DNA of 62,533 nucleotides, filler included, from Bacteriovoracaceae bacterium (GTDB lineage: Bacteria; Bdellovibrionota; Bacteriovoracia; Bacteriovoracales; Bacteriovoracaceae), in assembly GCA_018649885.1 (NCBI GenBank). It is 5 parts of 5 records of this genome, joined end to end, with 100 filler letters (N's around TTAATTAATTAA, not from the genome) between each part and the next. Parts side by side here need not be neighbours in the genome. Positions count along the whole stretch, not along the records: positions 9,222 to 24,053 come from JABIHA010000029.1; positions 24,154 to 53,740 come from JABIHA010000051.1; 3 more parts are not named here. One strand, written 5' to 3'. Positions 19,741-29,700 of this stretch are shown piece after piece. The notes under the pieces were generated by a model. It saw only the letters and a list, made by a program, of their open reading frames with translations, was not told the origin of the DNA and ran no database searches. The first letter of the stretch is position 1. Each line of letters starts with the position of its first letter. Made by a program: the position numbers and the translations under genes.

Positions 19741-20826
19741 ATGAAGCAACTATTTTTAACGATACTCGTTATTTCAAGTTTTAACACATATGCCACAGAT
19801 GATGGCTTTAGATTCAGCCCGGGGCGTAGTGGGTGTTATGACCTCGATGGGGAGGGTAGTAGCCGCGGATATAATGATGGGTGGATCCAACGTCTGGGCG
19901 GTCATGGAGAATGCGGAGATTTCACTGATAATTACTGGCATTTAAGTGGCGCTCATTTGCGAAATGCCAATTTCGTTGGGGCCAAATTAATTCGCAAAAG
20001 CTTTGTTCGCAGTAATATTGGCGGGGCAAAATTCTTACATGCAAATTTAATTGGAGCTGTCTTTTCAGAAATACGTGATAGACGAGTTGTGACAGCGATT
20101 TACACCAATGATGACAGCAACGTGGCAAGAGTTTGGTTTGCAGGTGCCAATCTAGCAACTGCAAAATTATTTGAATCGGACCTTGAAAAAACTAATTTTC
20201 GAAATGCTAACTTAATGGGCGCCGATTTACATGGCTCCCTCTTTAAATTGGTTCATATGGAGAACGTAAATTTTTCCAATGCCAACGTAGAAGATTGTGA
20301 TTTTAATATGACAAGATTGGAAGGAGCAAACTTCCAAAATGCAAAAGTTCGGGGGGCGAATTTTGCTAGGGCAAAGATGAAGAGGACAAATTTTAAATCT
20401 CTTAGAGCAAATGACTTACAGATGAATAGTGCCGGAATGCAAGATGCAATCATGAGTTTTGGTAAATTACAAAGAATTAATTTTGAACGCACTTCAATGA
20501 CAGGTATGAACTTCTACCGAACTATTTGTACTCGGTGTAATTTAAAAGATGCTTATATTGGTGAAGGTAATATGCGCTTGGCGAACTTTTCTCGCTCTAA
20601 CTTCGAAGGCTCCCAGCTATATAAAGTCGATTTACGTAATGCCAATATGAGTAGAACTAAGTTAAGAGGAGCTAGACTAGCAGAAGCTGATTTAAGAGGA
20701 GCTAATTTTAGTAATTCAAACTTAAAAGATGCCCTCACTCTTTTACGTGCCAAATTTAATAATCAAACAAAATTACCTTTTTCTAAAACCTATGCTCTTC
20801 AAAGAGGTATGTTATATCGGCCTTAA
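19741..20826 (+). CDS. Secreted pentapeptide-repeat protein
   Basis: Signal peptide, short Cys/Gly N-domain, long A(N/D)(L/F)xx repeats. Confidence 0.92.
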   Translation: MKQLFLTILVISSFNTYATDDGFRFSPGRSGCYDLDGEGSSRGYNDGWIQRLGGHGECGDFTDNYWHLSGAHLRNANFVGAKLIRKSFVRSNIGGAKFLHANLIGAVFSEIRDRRVVTAIYTNDDSNVARVWFAGANLATAKLFESDLEKTNFRNANLMGADLHGSLFKLVHMENVNFSNANVEDCDFNMTRLEGANFQNAKVRGANFARAKMKRTNFKSLRANDLQMNSAGMQDAIMSFGKLQRINFERTSMTGMNFYRTICTRCNLKDAYIGEGNMRLANFSRSNFEGSQLYKVDLRNANMSRTKLRGARLAEADLRGANFSNSNLKDALTLLRAKFNNQTKLPFSKTYALQRGMLYRP

Positions 20827-20827
20827 G

Positions 20828-20908
20828 AAAAAGGTACACGCGTACCTTCAAACAACTGCCGCAATGGAATTGATAAATATGTTGGCACCCGAGTTGGCAC
20901 CCGAGTTT
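20828..20908 (-). repeat. Palindrome plus inverted module A with duplicated end
   Basis: aaaaaggtacacgcgtacctt, then actgccgcaatggaattgataaatatgttggcacccgag-ttggcacccgag. Confidence 0.85.
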
Positions 20909-20915
20909 TTCCCAA

Positions 20916-21506
20916 TCAATAATTATATGGATAACCGGCCGGTTTTTTAAGTTCAAGTTGCGCATTTTCATCACACAGATCTGAATTAAGACGTTTTTTG
21001 AGATTATAAATAAATGTAGCATTATATTTCCCACTATCCATTATTCGATCTACATCTATATAAGCTTCTGTTAGACCATCATTTGCATTGATTAATTTGG
21101 CCTGAAAGAAATCTACTTGTACGGTTTGTTTGGTAAAGGTGTAGATAACAGATTCTAACTCTTCTCTTTGAACTTCAATGGGGTTACTTCCATCGGAGCA
21201 CAGTTTTTTTACAATAGTTTTTTTGATAAATGGAAACCAAACTTGGTATTTGTAACCTGGAGATTCACATTCCAAGTCGTGATATTCATCGCCATAATTG
21301 CATGGATCAGTAATTGGACCAAGCGTTCCGGGATCTTCTATATCTCCCACTAAATGCTCTATATTCTCCTCAATATTAACAAAGCTCTTTTTGCTATTTG
21401 AGGGGATTTCTAGACAAGTTATCTTTTTTTCGACATCACATTTCGCATGTACGAACCCTGAAAATAAACCTACTAATAAAATAATGAACTTCATAGAATA
21501 TACCAC
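20916..21506 (-). CDS. Secreted hypothetical protein
   Basis: MKFIILLVGLFSGFVHA signal peptide; several Cys. Confidence 0.7.
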   Translation of the reverse strand: MVYSMKFIILLVGLFSGFVHAKCDVEKKITCLEIPSNSKKSFVNIEENIEHLVGDIEDPGTLGPITDPCNYGDEYHDLECESPGYKYQVWFPFIKKTIVKKLCSDGSNPIEVQREELESVIYTFTKQTVQVDFFQAKLINANDGLTEAYIDVDRIMDSGKYNATFIYNLKKRLNSDLCDENAQLELKKPAGYPYNY

Positions 21507-21669
21507 CTTGTAAAGAACCTCAGAAAATGAAGGCTTAGAATGTTTCTAAGCCATGTATTTAGCGGATTTTATAATTAGATAAAAGCATTTTGAAAATTTT
21601 CAGTTGATTTATTTTGAGTGTTTGCAAAGATGAATCATTTAATATCTTGAGTGCTAGTGTAATTTAGCA

Positions 21670-21691
21670 TGGCACCCGAGTCGGGCACTTT
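21670..21691 (-). repeat. Module A end fragment
   Basis: tggcacccgagtcgggcac. Confidence 0.55.
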
Positions 21692-21737
21692 TTGAAAAAT
21701 GAAGCATTTATTCAGAATCTACGCTTCAGCAAAGTAT

Positions 21738-22058
21738 CTAGATTGATTCTATAAACTCTGCAATTTCGTGACATCTTTGATAGCTGGCAACTTCTAAAGG
21801 TTTTCGTTTTCCAAATCCCTTCACGTAGCTATTAAAAGACCTTCCTTTGGAGTGAAGCCATTTTATACTTGCTAGGTCACATCTTTCAAAAGCATAATGT
21901 AGTGGACCAAGATTACTAGTACGTTCGTCTGCATAAATTTGATCACCATCTTTAGAATAATCATATTTAATATTAGCATGGAGTAATTCCATGCTTTTTA
22001 AAGGGCCGTAGGCCCATAAATGGAGAACCGTTAAGGTTGTCGATAATTCAGGGGGCAT
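21738..22058 (-). pseudogene. Ankyrin-repeat protein fragment
   Basis: GPLHYAFERCDLASIKWL and KPLEVASYQRCHEIAEFI ankyrin-like repeats; no convincing start or RBS. Confidence 0.55.
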
Positions 22059-22774
22059 TTTAGCTTGAGGTGTAGGGAAGTTGTGGCGCTAATTTTACCT
22101 TCACCCAACAGTCATTGAGATGTTTGGCAGTGATGCCATGAGAATATATGGATATCCTTAAGCCAGGCGCCCCTAAAACTTAAATTTCTTCTGAAATTTA
22201 CCTTCTAATCAAATAGCTACAAGTGCTTAGGGGATAATTGTATGTTAAATTGCCAAAAAGATGCCTAAGTCTAAAGTAGTGCCTCAATTCGCCGAAAAAA
22301 AAGGGCCCCACGAGTGGATTGCCCCCTACTCTGACCTGCTTGCAATCAAAAATATAATTTTACTGCGAAAGACCGGCTTATGGTCTTGCAATGACTCCGC
22401 TGCCTAGTTTGAGCACATAAATTTTACGGTAACCATAGTCACTGCGAAAATCATTGTCAAAACCCATACCTACTTTAGCGCTTCAGCAAGATACTTTCCT
22501 GCGAAGGACTGTAGTAGAATAAAGTAAAAGGTGGGCCGGCACTGCATTCCTATTTTTATAATAATTATTTTTTCATTAATTATTATACTTATCTGTCATC
22601 TCATTGCTCTTTTTCTGGAGAAGGTAAATTCCGGTTTTGTCGCATATTATGAAAGTAAAGTTGGGTAATAGAAACCTAATCTTGTTGTGCTTACACTGCT
22701 AAGGATGAGAATAATTCAAAAGTTGTTTTATTAGAATTAAGAAAATAGGTGCCAAGCTAAGAAAATGGAATCCG

Positions 22775-22840
22775 GCCAACATACTTGTCAGTAAGCATGG
22801 CATTGATTGCTTACTGACAAGTATGCTGGCACCCGAGTTT
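22775..22840. repeat. Inverted doublet of module A forming a long hairpin
   Basis: gccaacatacttgtcagtaagca-tggcattgat-tgcttactgacaagtatgctggc-acccgag. Confidence 0.9.
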
Positions 22841-22905
22841 TTGTATAAAAAAGGTTTTAATTTGTACTACCTATTTTGCCTATTTTGTTCATGGATACGT
22901 TTTTG

Positions 22906-23403
22906 CTATTCATCAACTGACGTAGCGGTACTAGTAATGGTAATAATTGGTGAACCGTCTTCTGAACCATCTTTAACTATCTCAAAGCTATCATTAATAG
23001 ATGCTGATAAGCTACCCTGTAGTCTGTTATCAATCCTGCCCAAAGTACCGGTCAGTGCATGACTTAGAAGCACATCATCGACAAAGTCCCTAAAGTTGTT
23101 ACATGAAGTCCCTTCAAATTTTAAAATCAGGCCAGAGTATCTAAGATGTTCGTCATTTTCATATGCTTCATCAGGAGCTATTATTTCCGCAAATGTACCT
23201 TCAGTAAAGGGGTAGCAATGGACAATATATTCTTTCTTACCAATTTTCAGAACAGTTTCTTGACTACTTATTTCTTTATAACCTCTCTGTTCTTTGTAAA
23301 CTCTAGTTTTTCCCTTCACACTAGAAACTTGTAGCGATTGCTGTGAATACAATGGGCCTATAGTTAATGTGGAAATAAATAAACTTAAGAAACATGTTTT
23401 CAT
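22906..23403 (-). CDS. Secreted hypothetical protein
   Basis: GGGGGA RBS before the MKTCFLSLFIS signal peptide. Confidence 0.7.
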   Translation of the reverse strand: MKTCFLSLFISTLTIGPLYSQQSLQVSSVKGKTRVYKEQRGYKEISSQETVLKIGKKEYIVHCYPFTEGTFAEIIAPDEAYENDEHLRYSGLILKFEGTSCNNFRDFVDDVLLSHALTGTLGRIDNRLQGSLSASINDSFEIVKDGSEDGSPIITITSTATSVDE

Positions 23404-23687
23404 TTTTCCCCCAATAAAAAATAACAAAGAAATAGTCATACCTATATTTATTGTTTTCAACTAACGTTACCGCAAGATTTGCTCCATCTCTTAGATTTTT
23501 TCTCTAAATGGCATAGCTCTCTAAATCGATGAAACTTAATAGTGCTGCATGCAGATTGACTTAGGAGTATGACCGTATATTTCTCGCTTGTTGAATTACT
23601 AATCAATATGCAGAAAAAATATTTCGATAAATTTTATTTACGAGAAAAATGAGAAAAAGGAAGAGAAAAAGAAAAGGTACCATGAGA

Positions 23688-24053
23688 GAATGCTGCTAAC
23701 TTAAGAACCTTCATCTAGGCCACCTTGCCCTTTAAAAGGCCCTGGTGGCCACTTCTTCGAGAATATCCCCATTCTTGTTTTTTTGCATTTTTCCGGTCCG
23801 TTGTTAGTAAACAATATCGATTATTTCTTTTTTTCACCGCCCTAGGTTCTCTTCGATATTTTGCATTTAATATTTCAGTTTTTAGGAGAAGGATGACATC
23901 TAGAAGAGCCTTTTCTCCCATTCCAAGTACAACATTTGAGTATAGACTCATCGCTGTTTTAAAACTTCTTTTTCTAGGGCAATAGTCATTAAAGTAGTTT
24001 GATGTTAAACCAATTATTTTCCTAATTAAATTGTAGCAAATTATCCGGACCCA
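23688..24053 (-). mobile_element. IS4-family element (second type), 3' part: transposase C-terminus plus right TIR
   Basis: WVRIICYNLIR...PRKRSFKTAM...RREPRAVKKR is homologous to the 9222 element. TIR gaatgctgctaacttaag at 23688-23705 resembles the IS4 end TAATGCCGATCAGTTAAG. Confidence 0.9.
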
Positions 24054-24153
24054 NNNNNNNNNNNNNNNNNNNNNNNNNNNNNNNNNNNNNNNNNNNNTTA
24101 ATTAATTAANNNNNNNNNNNNNNNNNNNNNNNNNNNNNNNNNNNNNNNNNNNN
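24054..24153. other. Artificial contig linker
   Basis: N-run with TTAATTAATTAA. Confidence 0.98.
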
Positions 24154-24243
24154 TATGAATTAGGATTTATTGACGATATAGAATATAAATTCACATCGGG
24201 AGAAAGCCCCTTTAACTTCCGAGTAGTTAAGAAAAACACATAG

Positions 24244-24323
24244 TGTAAAGTATGTGTCGCTAATAAATAGTAAAGTATGTCTCGGAAAGTTCAACAAGGT
24301 CCATTCTCGACACATACTTTACA
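24244..24323. repeat. 80-bp element with perfect 16-bp inverted ends and a third internal copy
   Basis: tgtaaagtatgtgtcg (24244), gtaaagtatgtctcg (24270), cgacacatactttaca (24308). Confidence 0.85.
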
Positions 24324-24532
24324 TTTTATTCTCCCATGCAATTGAGTAACGCAATCGATCATCCAAAAACTTTCCCAGTAATTCTCGGGCAAGGGCAAGT
24401 AGCAATCGGGCAAGTCAACGTATAAGGAAATGGATAGAAGTGAATAAGTGATTATACTTCAGTATTGTAAAAAGGTGAGGAATGAAAGTAATTTAGTCAC
24501 AGAAAAGATTTGGCATAGCTTCAAAGTCTCCG

Positions 24533-24580
24533 ACTAGATCAAAACTTAACTTCTTGTATGTAAGATCGGATTTTGATTTT
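24533..24580. repeat. Hairpin repeat family C, copy 1
   Basis: actagat...tcttgtatgtaagatcgg shared with 36901-36932. Confidence 0.7.
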
Positions 24581-24987
24581 TACGATTTAAATACGCTGAC
24601 AGCTAATAACACCCATCCGAGTGTAAAGAGAAGTCCTCCAATAGGAGTTATCATGGCGAAGATTTTAATATTGGTGAGAGCGTAAGCATAAAGTGAGCCA
24701 CTAAAAAGCACGATTCCTGAAATGATTGCCCATTTGGGCGCAAGCAGTGAAAGCTTGTCACTACACTGATTTTGTAAAATGCCTATCATCATTAAACCTA
24801 GGGAGTGGTAGGTCATGTAGTTAACACCTGTTTTCCAGTTTGCCAGTTGCTTCGGCTCAAGAATTTTTGCCAGGCCGTGGGCACCAAAGGCCCCCAGTAA
24901 AACACAAATTGCTAAAAGCATTGAGCTAAGTAGTAAAGTATTTTTAGCTTCTTTGGAGATACTCATTAATGAATTCCTTTTTTTCAT
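24580..24987 (-). CDS. DUF423 membrane protein
   Basis: GAFGAHGL, GIVLFSGSLY and ITPIGG motifs. Confidence 0.92.
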   Translation of the reverse strand: MKKRNSLMSISKEAKNTLLLSSMLLAICVLLGAFGAHGLAKILEPKQLANWKTGVNYMTYHSLGLMMIGILQNQCSDKLSLLAPKWAIISGIVLFSGSLYAYALTNIKIFAMITPIGGLLFTLGWVLLAVSVFKS

Positions 24988-25405
24988 AGGGGTAGAGATT
25001 AAATGTCCCTAAGCCTTTTGCTTTTATTTCACCACTTTTATCGTCGACAATTTCACCGCTTACAACAACTAGGGAATTTCCCTTGTATTCTATATGGCCT
25101 ATGCCCTTTAATTTATCGCCAAGATAAACGGGTTTGATAAAATTAATTTTGTATTCAACAGTTGAGCACAGCTTTTTGTCTTTAGCTCCCTCGTAAAGGG
25201 CCGCAAATCCTAGGACTGAATCCATGAAGGCAGAAACCGCCCCGCCGTGACAAATTCCTGGAGAAGAGAGGTGCTTTTCCACAGTCGTCATTGTCTGGAA
25301 ATAATTTCCATCTTCTGAAACCTGGATTTGGACTCCCTGATCATTTCCAAAGTGATTAGTGGATTTAAATATTTCAATGATTTTTTCGGGTGTAAATTCA
25401 GTCAT
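24944..25405 (-). CDS. PaaI-family thioesterase
   Basis: GICHGGAVSAFMD and TVEYKINFIKPV motifs. Confidence 0.9.
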   Translation of the reverse strand: MTEFTPEKIIEIFKSTNHFGNDQGVQIQVSEDGNYFQTMTTVEKHLSSPGICHGGAVSAFMDSVLGFAALYEGAKDKKLCSTVEYKINFIKPVYLGDKLKGIGHIEYKGNSLVVVSGEIVDDKSGEIKAKGLGTFNLYPYEKKEFINEYLQRS

Positions 25406-25414
25406 ACTATTTTC

Positions 25415-26533
25415 CTATTCAAGATATTTCGTGCCACTAGTTGAGTGATTAATGGCCTTTGAAATGGAGAGTTGTCTTCCACTTTTTTGGCCTAAATTTA
25501 AGGAGGTGGTATCAACACGTGTGGTGCTAGCCACTCCTGTCGTATTTCCATAGACCATTTTAACTTTTTCTTTCAAGTCTTTTCCAATAAGTACTAAGGC
25601 CTTTTGTTGATCAGATTTTAGCTCACTCAAGCCTTTTTTCATTTTTTGATGGTATCCAAGATAGATTCCATTGAAATAAGAATTCTTTGCTCTGGGTCCT
25701 TTAAGTTGTGGGTTTTCTCGTTTGGTGGTTTTCCACATTTTCTCAAGTTCACCATCTAAATAGTTCGCTACATAGTCGGCAACTTCTACATTGGTGCGAG
25801 CGCCAGTAACTTCTAAATAGATAATTCCTTTTCCGCTATTAAATACAGGTTGAACAAAGAAGTGAGTCAGAATCTCGTAGATGCAGTGGAGCTTAGTACT
25901 ATTTCTTTTTGAGGTGAGAACTCTTTTAACATAAACCTCTTCCTCATCACTATTCTTGCCATGGCCTATAATATCCATATTGTGTTTCAAAAGTAGTTGG
26001 TTGGCCCTTAGTGTTGCCTGCTCACTTTCATAAGGATTTGAACTTGTTGCCAGAGACATCAATTTTTTTACTCTAAGGAGTATCTTATCTATGTATACAT
26101 CGTCTTGTGAGTTTTCGTTTTGCTGATCATAGTCGCAACCTGCACGCCAAACAACTTGTGTCCACCCAAAGCCCCTGCAAAGGTCTTTATATTCTGATCC
26201 GTGGTCTGCTGGAGTATGGAGTGTGTTTTTAAATTGTAGAAAAAGTAGGTAGTGGGCCAATTCGTGCCTGAGGATATTTTTAATAAACTCATTTTTGGCA
26301 CTATAGATGAGTTTTTTATTAAGGCCTATTTGAAAATTTTTCTCATTAAAAAATCCTAAAGTTTTTGGGTGTTCGAATACAACAAGGTTGATGGGGTAGG
26401 TGTAGCCAAAGTATTCAAACCTCGACCTGTTCACAATTACTCCCATTTCAGAGGAGAGGAGGGTGCGGACAATCTTTTTAATGCGACGCAAGAACACTTG
26501 CGATGTGCTTGAATAAACAAAGAGCATAGACAA
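25415..26533 (-). CDS. SprT-like zinc metalloprotease with DUF2786 domain
   Basis: LRHELAH...DHG motif; RVKKLMSLATSSNPYESEQA. Confidence 0.85.
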   Translation of the reverse strand: MSMLFVYSSTSQVFLRRIKKIVRTLLSSEMGVIVNRSRFEYFGYTYPINLVVFEHPKTLGFFNEKNFQIGLNKKLIYSAKNEFIKNILRHELAHYLLFLQFKNTLHTPADHGSEYKDLCRGFGWTQVVWRAGCDYDQQNENSQDDVYIDKILLRVKKLMSLATSSNPYESEQATLRANQLLLKHNMDIIGHGKNSDEEEVYVKRVLTSKRNSTKLHCIYEILTHFFVQPVFNSGKGIIYLEVTGARTNVEVADYVANYLDGELEKMWKTTKRENPQLKGPRAKNSYFNGIYLGYHQKMKKGLSELKSDQQKALVLIGKDLKEKVKMVYGNTTGVASTTRVDTTSLNLGQKSGRQLSISKAINHSTSGTKYLE

Positions 26534-26705
26534 TTGGTAGTGTTTTAATGGGTTTCTGACAAGTGGAATTTGTGTCTGTTGTCTCGTTACGAAACGGCGA
26601 GTCGGTAAATAAGTCTAACAATGTGTGTCATCTGACCCAAACAGGAACTTGGGTGCTAGGATCCCGGCAAACACGCTCAATAAAACGACACAAAGGAATA
26701 GAACA

Positions 26706-29700
26706 ATGCATGCAATCACCCTTATTCTAAGCTTTGCTCTGGTAGTTCAAAGTGCCACTGCGGCCATTCCAGACAATATTAATGTCTCTAAATATCAAAC
26801 CATTTATTCTGATGCTAAAAAGGTCTCAGACACGGCAAGGAATGATGCGGAAGAGTTAAAAGACACCGCTCGCGCCATTGATCAAGAGATTACAGCTCTT
26901 GAAGAAGAAATCACAAAATCAAAGCAAACAATTTCTGATCACAACACAGAAATTTCAAATCTTACAAGGCAAATTCCAGTCCTTGAGTCTGAGGTGAGAA
27001 GCCTTGAACAAGAAGTAGATGTAAATGAAAGTGAGCTTACCTCCAAAAGGGGAGAGTATAGAAGTCTTAGTGATGAGATCGCCAGACTTCAAAGGGAGCT
27101 CGGGGTTGCCAGGGCAAGATATGATGAAGTGGAAAGAAGACTTTCGGACGCTCGCTCACAGCTTTCAGATGTTGAAAGTAGAGGATCTGCTCAGCGCCAA
27201 TATGTGGCTGACTTAGAAAGAGAGCTTGCTGATCTCGATGCAAGAATTTTACAAATTAGAGAAAAAAATCATAGAGCAAAAGAAAAGCTCGACGCTTTTA
27301 CACTAGAGCGGGCTGATCTAGCAGTACAGGTCTCCAGACTTGAAGCGGCCGTTAGAGATTTACGGTCCCAAAAACAAAGAAAGAAAAGAGGACTTGATCA
27401 AAAGAAGACTGAGCTTGCAGCTCTTAAGTCTAGTAAGGCAAGTGCCAAGACTGCACTTGAAACTCAAGTTAGAAAAGTCGATAGGAAAAGTGCAGAGCTT
27501 GCAGCTGTCAAAAAAGAGGTAAGATCTCTTAAAGCAACTTATCAGGCCTTAAAAACTCAGAAAGGGACTCTTGCTGCTGATGTAACGAGACTTAAAGGTG
27601 AGAATAGTACACTTAATACTCAAATTAGCTCTCTTACTTCAGAGGTCTCAAGTCTTCAAACTCAGATTACTTCTGCCAAGACGAGTATTGCAGCTACTAA
27701 AAGAAAAATAGCTCCACTAAAAACTCAGAAAGCTGATCTTAGTACAAAGCTTTCTGCTAAGAAAGCAAAGCTCGCAGCTCTTAAGAAAAATCCAGCTAGT
27801 CACCCTCAGGTTAAAGCAAAAGTTTCAGGGCTTCAGACAAAAATTGCAGCTCTTGAAAGACAAATCTCAGGAGTTGACGCAAAGATTTCACCACTTAAAA
27901 GAACACTAAAGACAAAAGAAGGAGCACTTCAAACAACAGCTCGTTCCCTATTAAGTAAACAAACAGCACTAACTAGTGCAAAAGCTAAGAAAACTGATAT
28001 TGAAAGAAATCTTCCAGCATGGAAGAGATCTCTTACAACCAAAAGAGGCGAAAAGAAGACTCTTGATTCAGAAATTAGCACTCTTTCAAGTTCACTCACT
28101 ACAAAGAAGACTGAACAAAGAACTGCTTCTAGGCAACTAAGAACTGCTCAAACGAGAATTAAGCCACTTCGCCAGCAAAAAAGACCACTTGTTCAAAAGA
28201 AGACTCAAGTAGCAAGACAATTAAAAAGACTTAAGGCCAAAGTTAATCCAACACCTGCTGAGAAACAAAAAATTGCAGCGTTAGAAAGACAGCTTGCTGG
28301 TCTCAATACAAAAATTGATGCTTTGAATGCCAAAATTAGACCACTTAAAGCACAAATTGATACAGCTACTGCAAAAATAGCTTCACTGAAAACAGAAATT
28401 GCGGCCATCACTACTAAGGTTGCAGCTAAGAAAAGAAAACTAACAGCACTCAACACTCAGATTGCTAGTCTTGCTTCAAAAGTAAGTACTGCAAGCCAAG
28501 ATGTCTCCAGACTAAAAACTCAAATTACTTCTCTTACAAGAGAAGTGGCTGCACTTAAGACTAAAAAATCTTCTCTTGAAAGAGAGATTGCCAGCGCAAA
28601 GTCAAGACTAGCTCCACTTAAAACTGAAAGATCAGGGTATGTGACAAAAAGGGATGATAAGAAAATATTGCTTGATGCGATCCTTAGAAATCCCTCACAA
28701 GTGCCTGAGTACAAAGCTGCAGTAGCTGCATTAGAAAGAGAGATCGGCTCTCTTAGTACAAGCCTAGCATCAGTTAAGAGACAGTTATCACCACTCCAGA
28801 CTAAGTTAGATAGACAAAAATCAAACAAAAGCACTCTTGAATCAACTCTTGCTACCAAGCAGAGATCACTCTCAGCTAAGCAAACCAAACTCGCCAGTAA
28901 TAAAACGCAGCTTAGAAGTGCAAAAACTAAGCTTCAGTCCATTGATGGTAAGATCACAGTAGCTAAAAGAAACCTCGATGCTAAAGTTAGACAAAGAGAT
29001 ACTCTTAGTACTCAGCTGGCCTCACTTGAATCAACACTTCCTACTCTTAGAGAAACTCTCAGAGTGGCGAAAGCAAGGCATGCTGCTAAAGCGACAGCAG
29101 TGACAGCTGCTCAAACGGCCTTTGATCTGATTGCCGGTAACCTTAGAAGAAAATCAGATAAGCTAACAGAAAAAAGTGATCGTTTAACTTTTATCGACAC
29201 TAGAATTCCTGAAATTGAAAGAAAGATACAAGAAAGAAGAAGAAGAAAAAGAACACTCAGAGTGGAAAGGGACAGAGCAGACGATACGTTATCTCGTGCC
29301 TACAGAGTTCTTGAAGATATAAGAGCTGAAAGAGAAGCTGTTATTGCCAGAATTGATGGACTTGAGTCAGACCTTGGATATCAAAGAGGTGTAGTAGACA
29401 GTCTTGCTTATAATATTCAAGCAAATGAAGATAAGAAGTCTCTCGTTGTGGACCGAATCGCTCAGCTTGAAGATTACCTTGAGCAACTTCGAGGAGAGAT
29501 CACACACAAAAGAGAAATTATCAAATACAACAGAGAGCAAATTGTATTCCTCGGTGAAGAGATAGCAAGATTAGAAGAAGTCATTGATGACAATGAATCA
29601 AGACTTCCATCTCTTAGATCAGATTCTATTGCAGCTTGGGATGACTATGATGCTCAAGATACTTATGCCAAATCACTTGAGGCAGATACAGCTGCGAAAT

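Noticed and set aside
21718..22496. Short similarity cgcttcagcaa at ~21722 and ~22479
   Set aside because: Only 11 bp with no further alignment; could be chance.
11057..22840. CRISPR array interpretation of the repeats
   Set aside because: Copies are 0.7-3 kb apart with whole genes between them, vary in length, and no cas genes are present.
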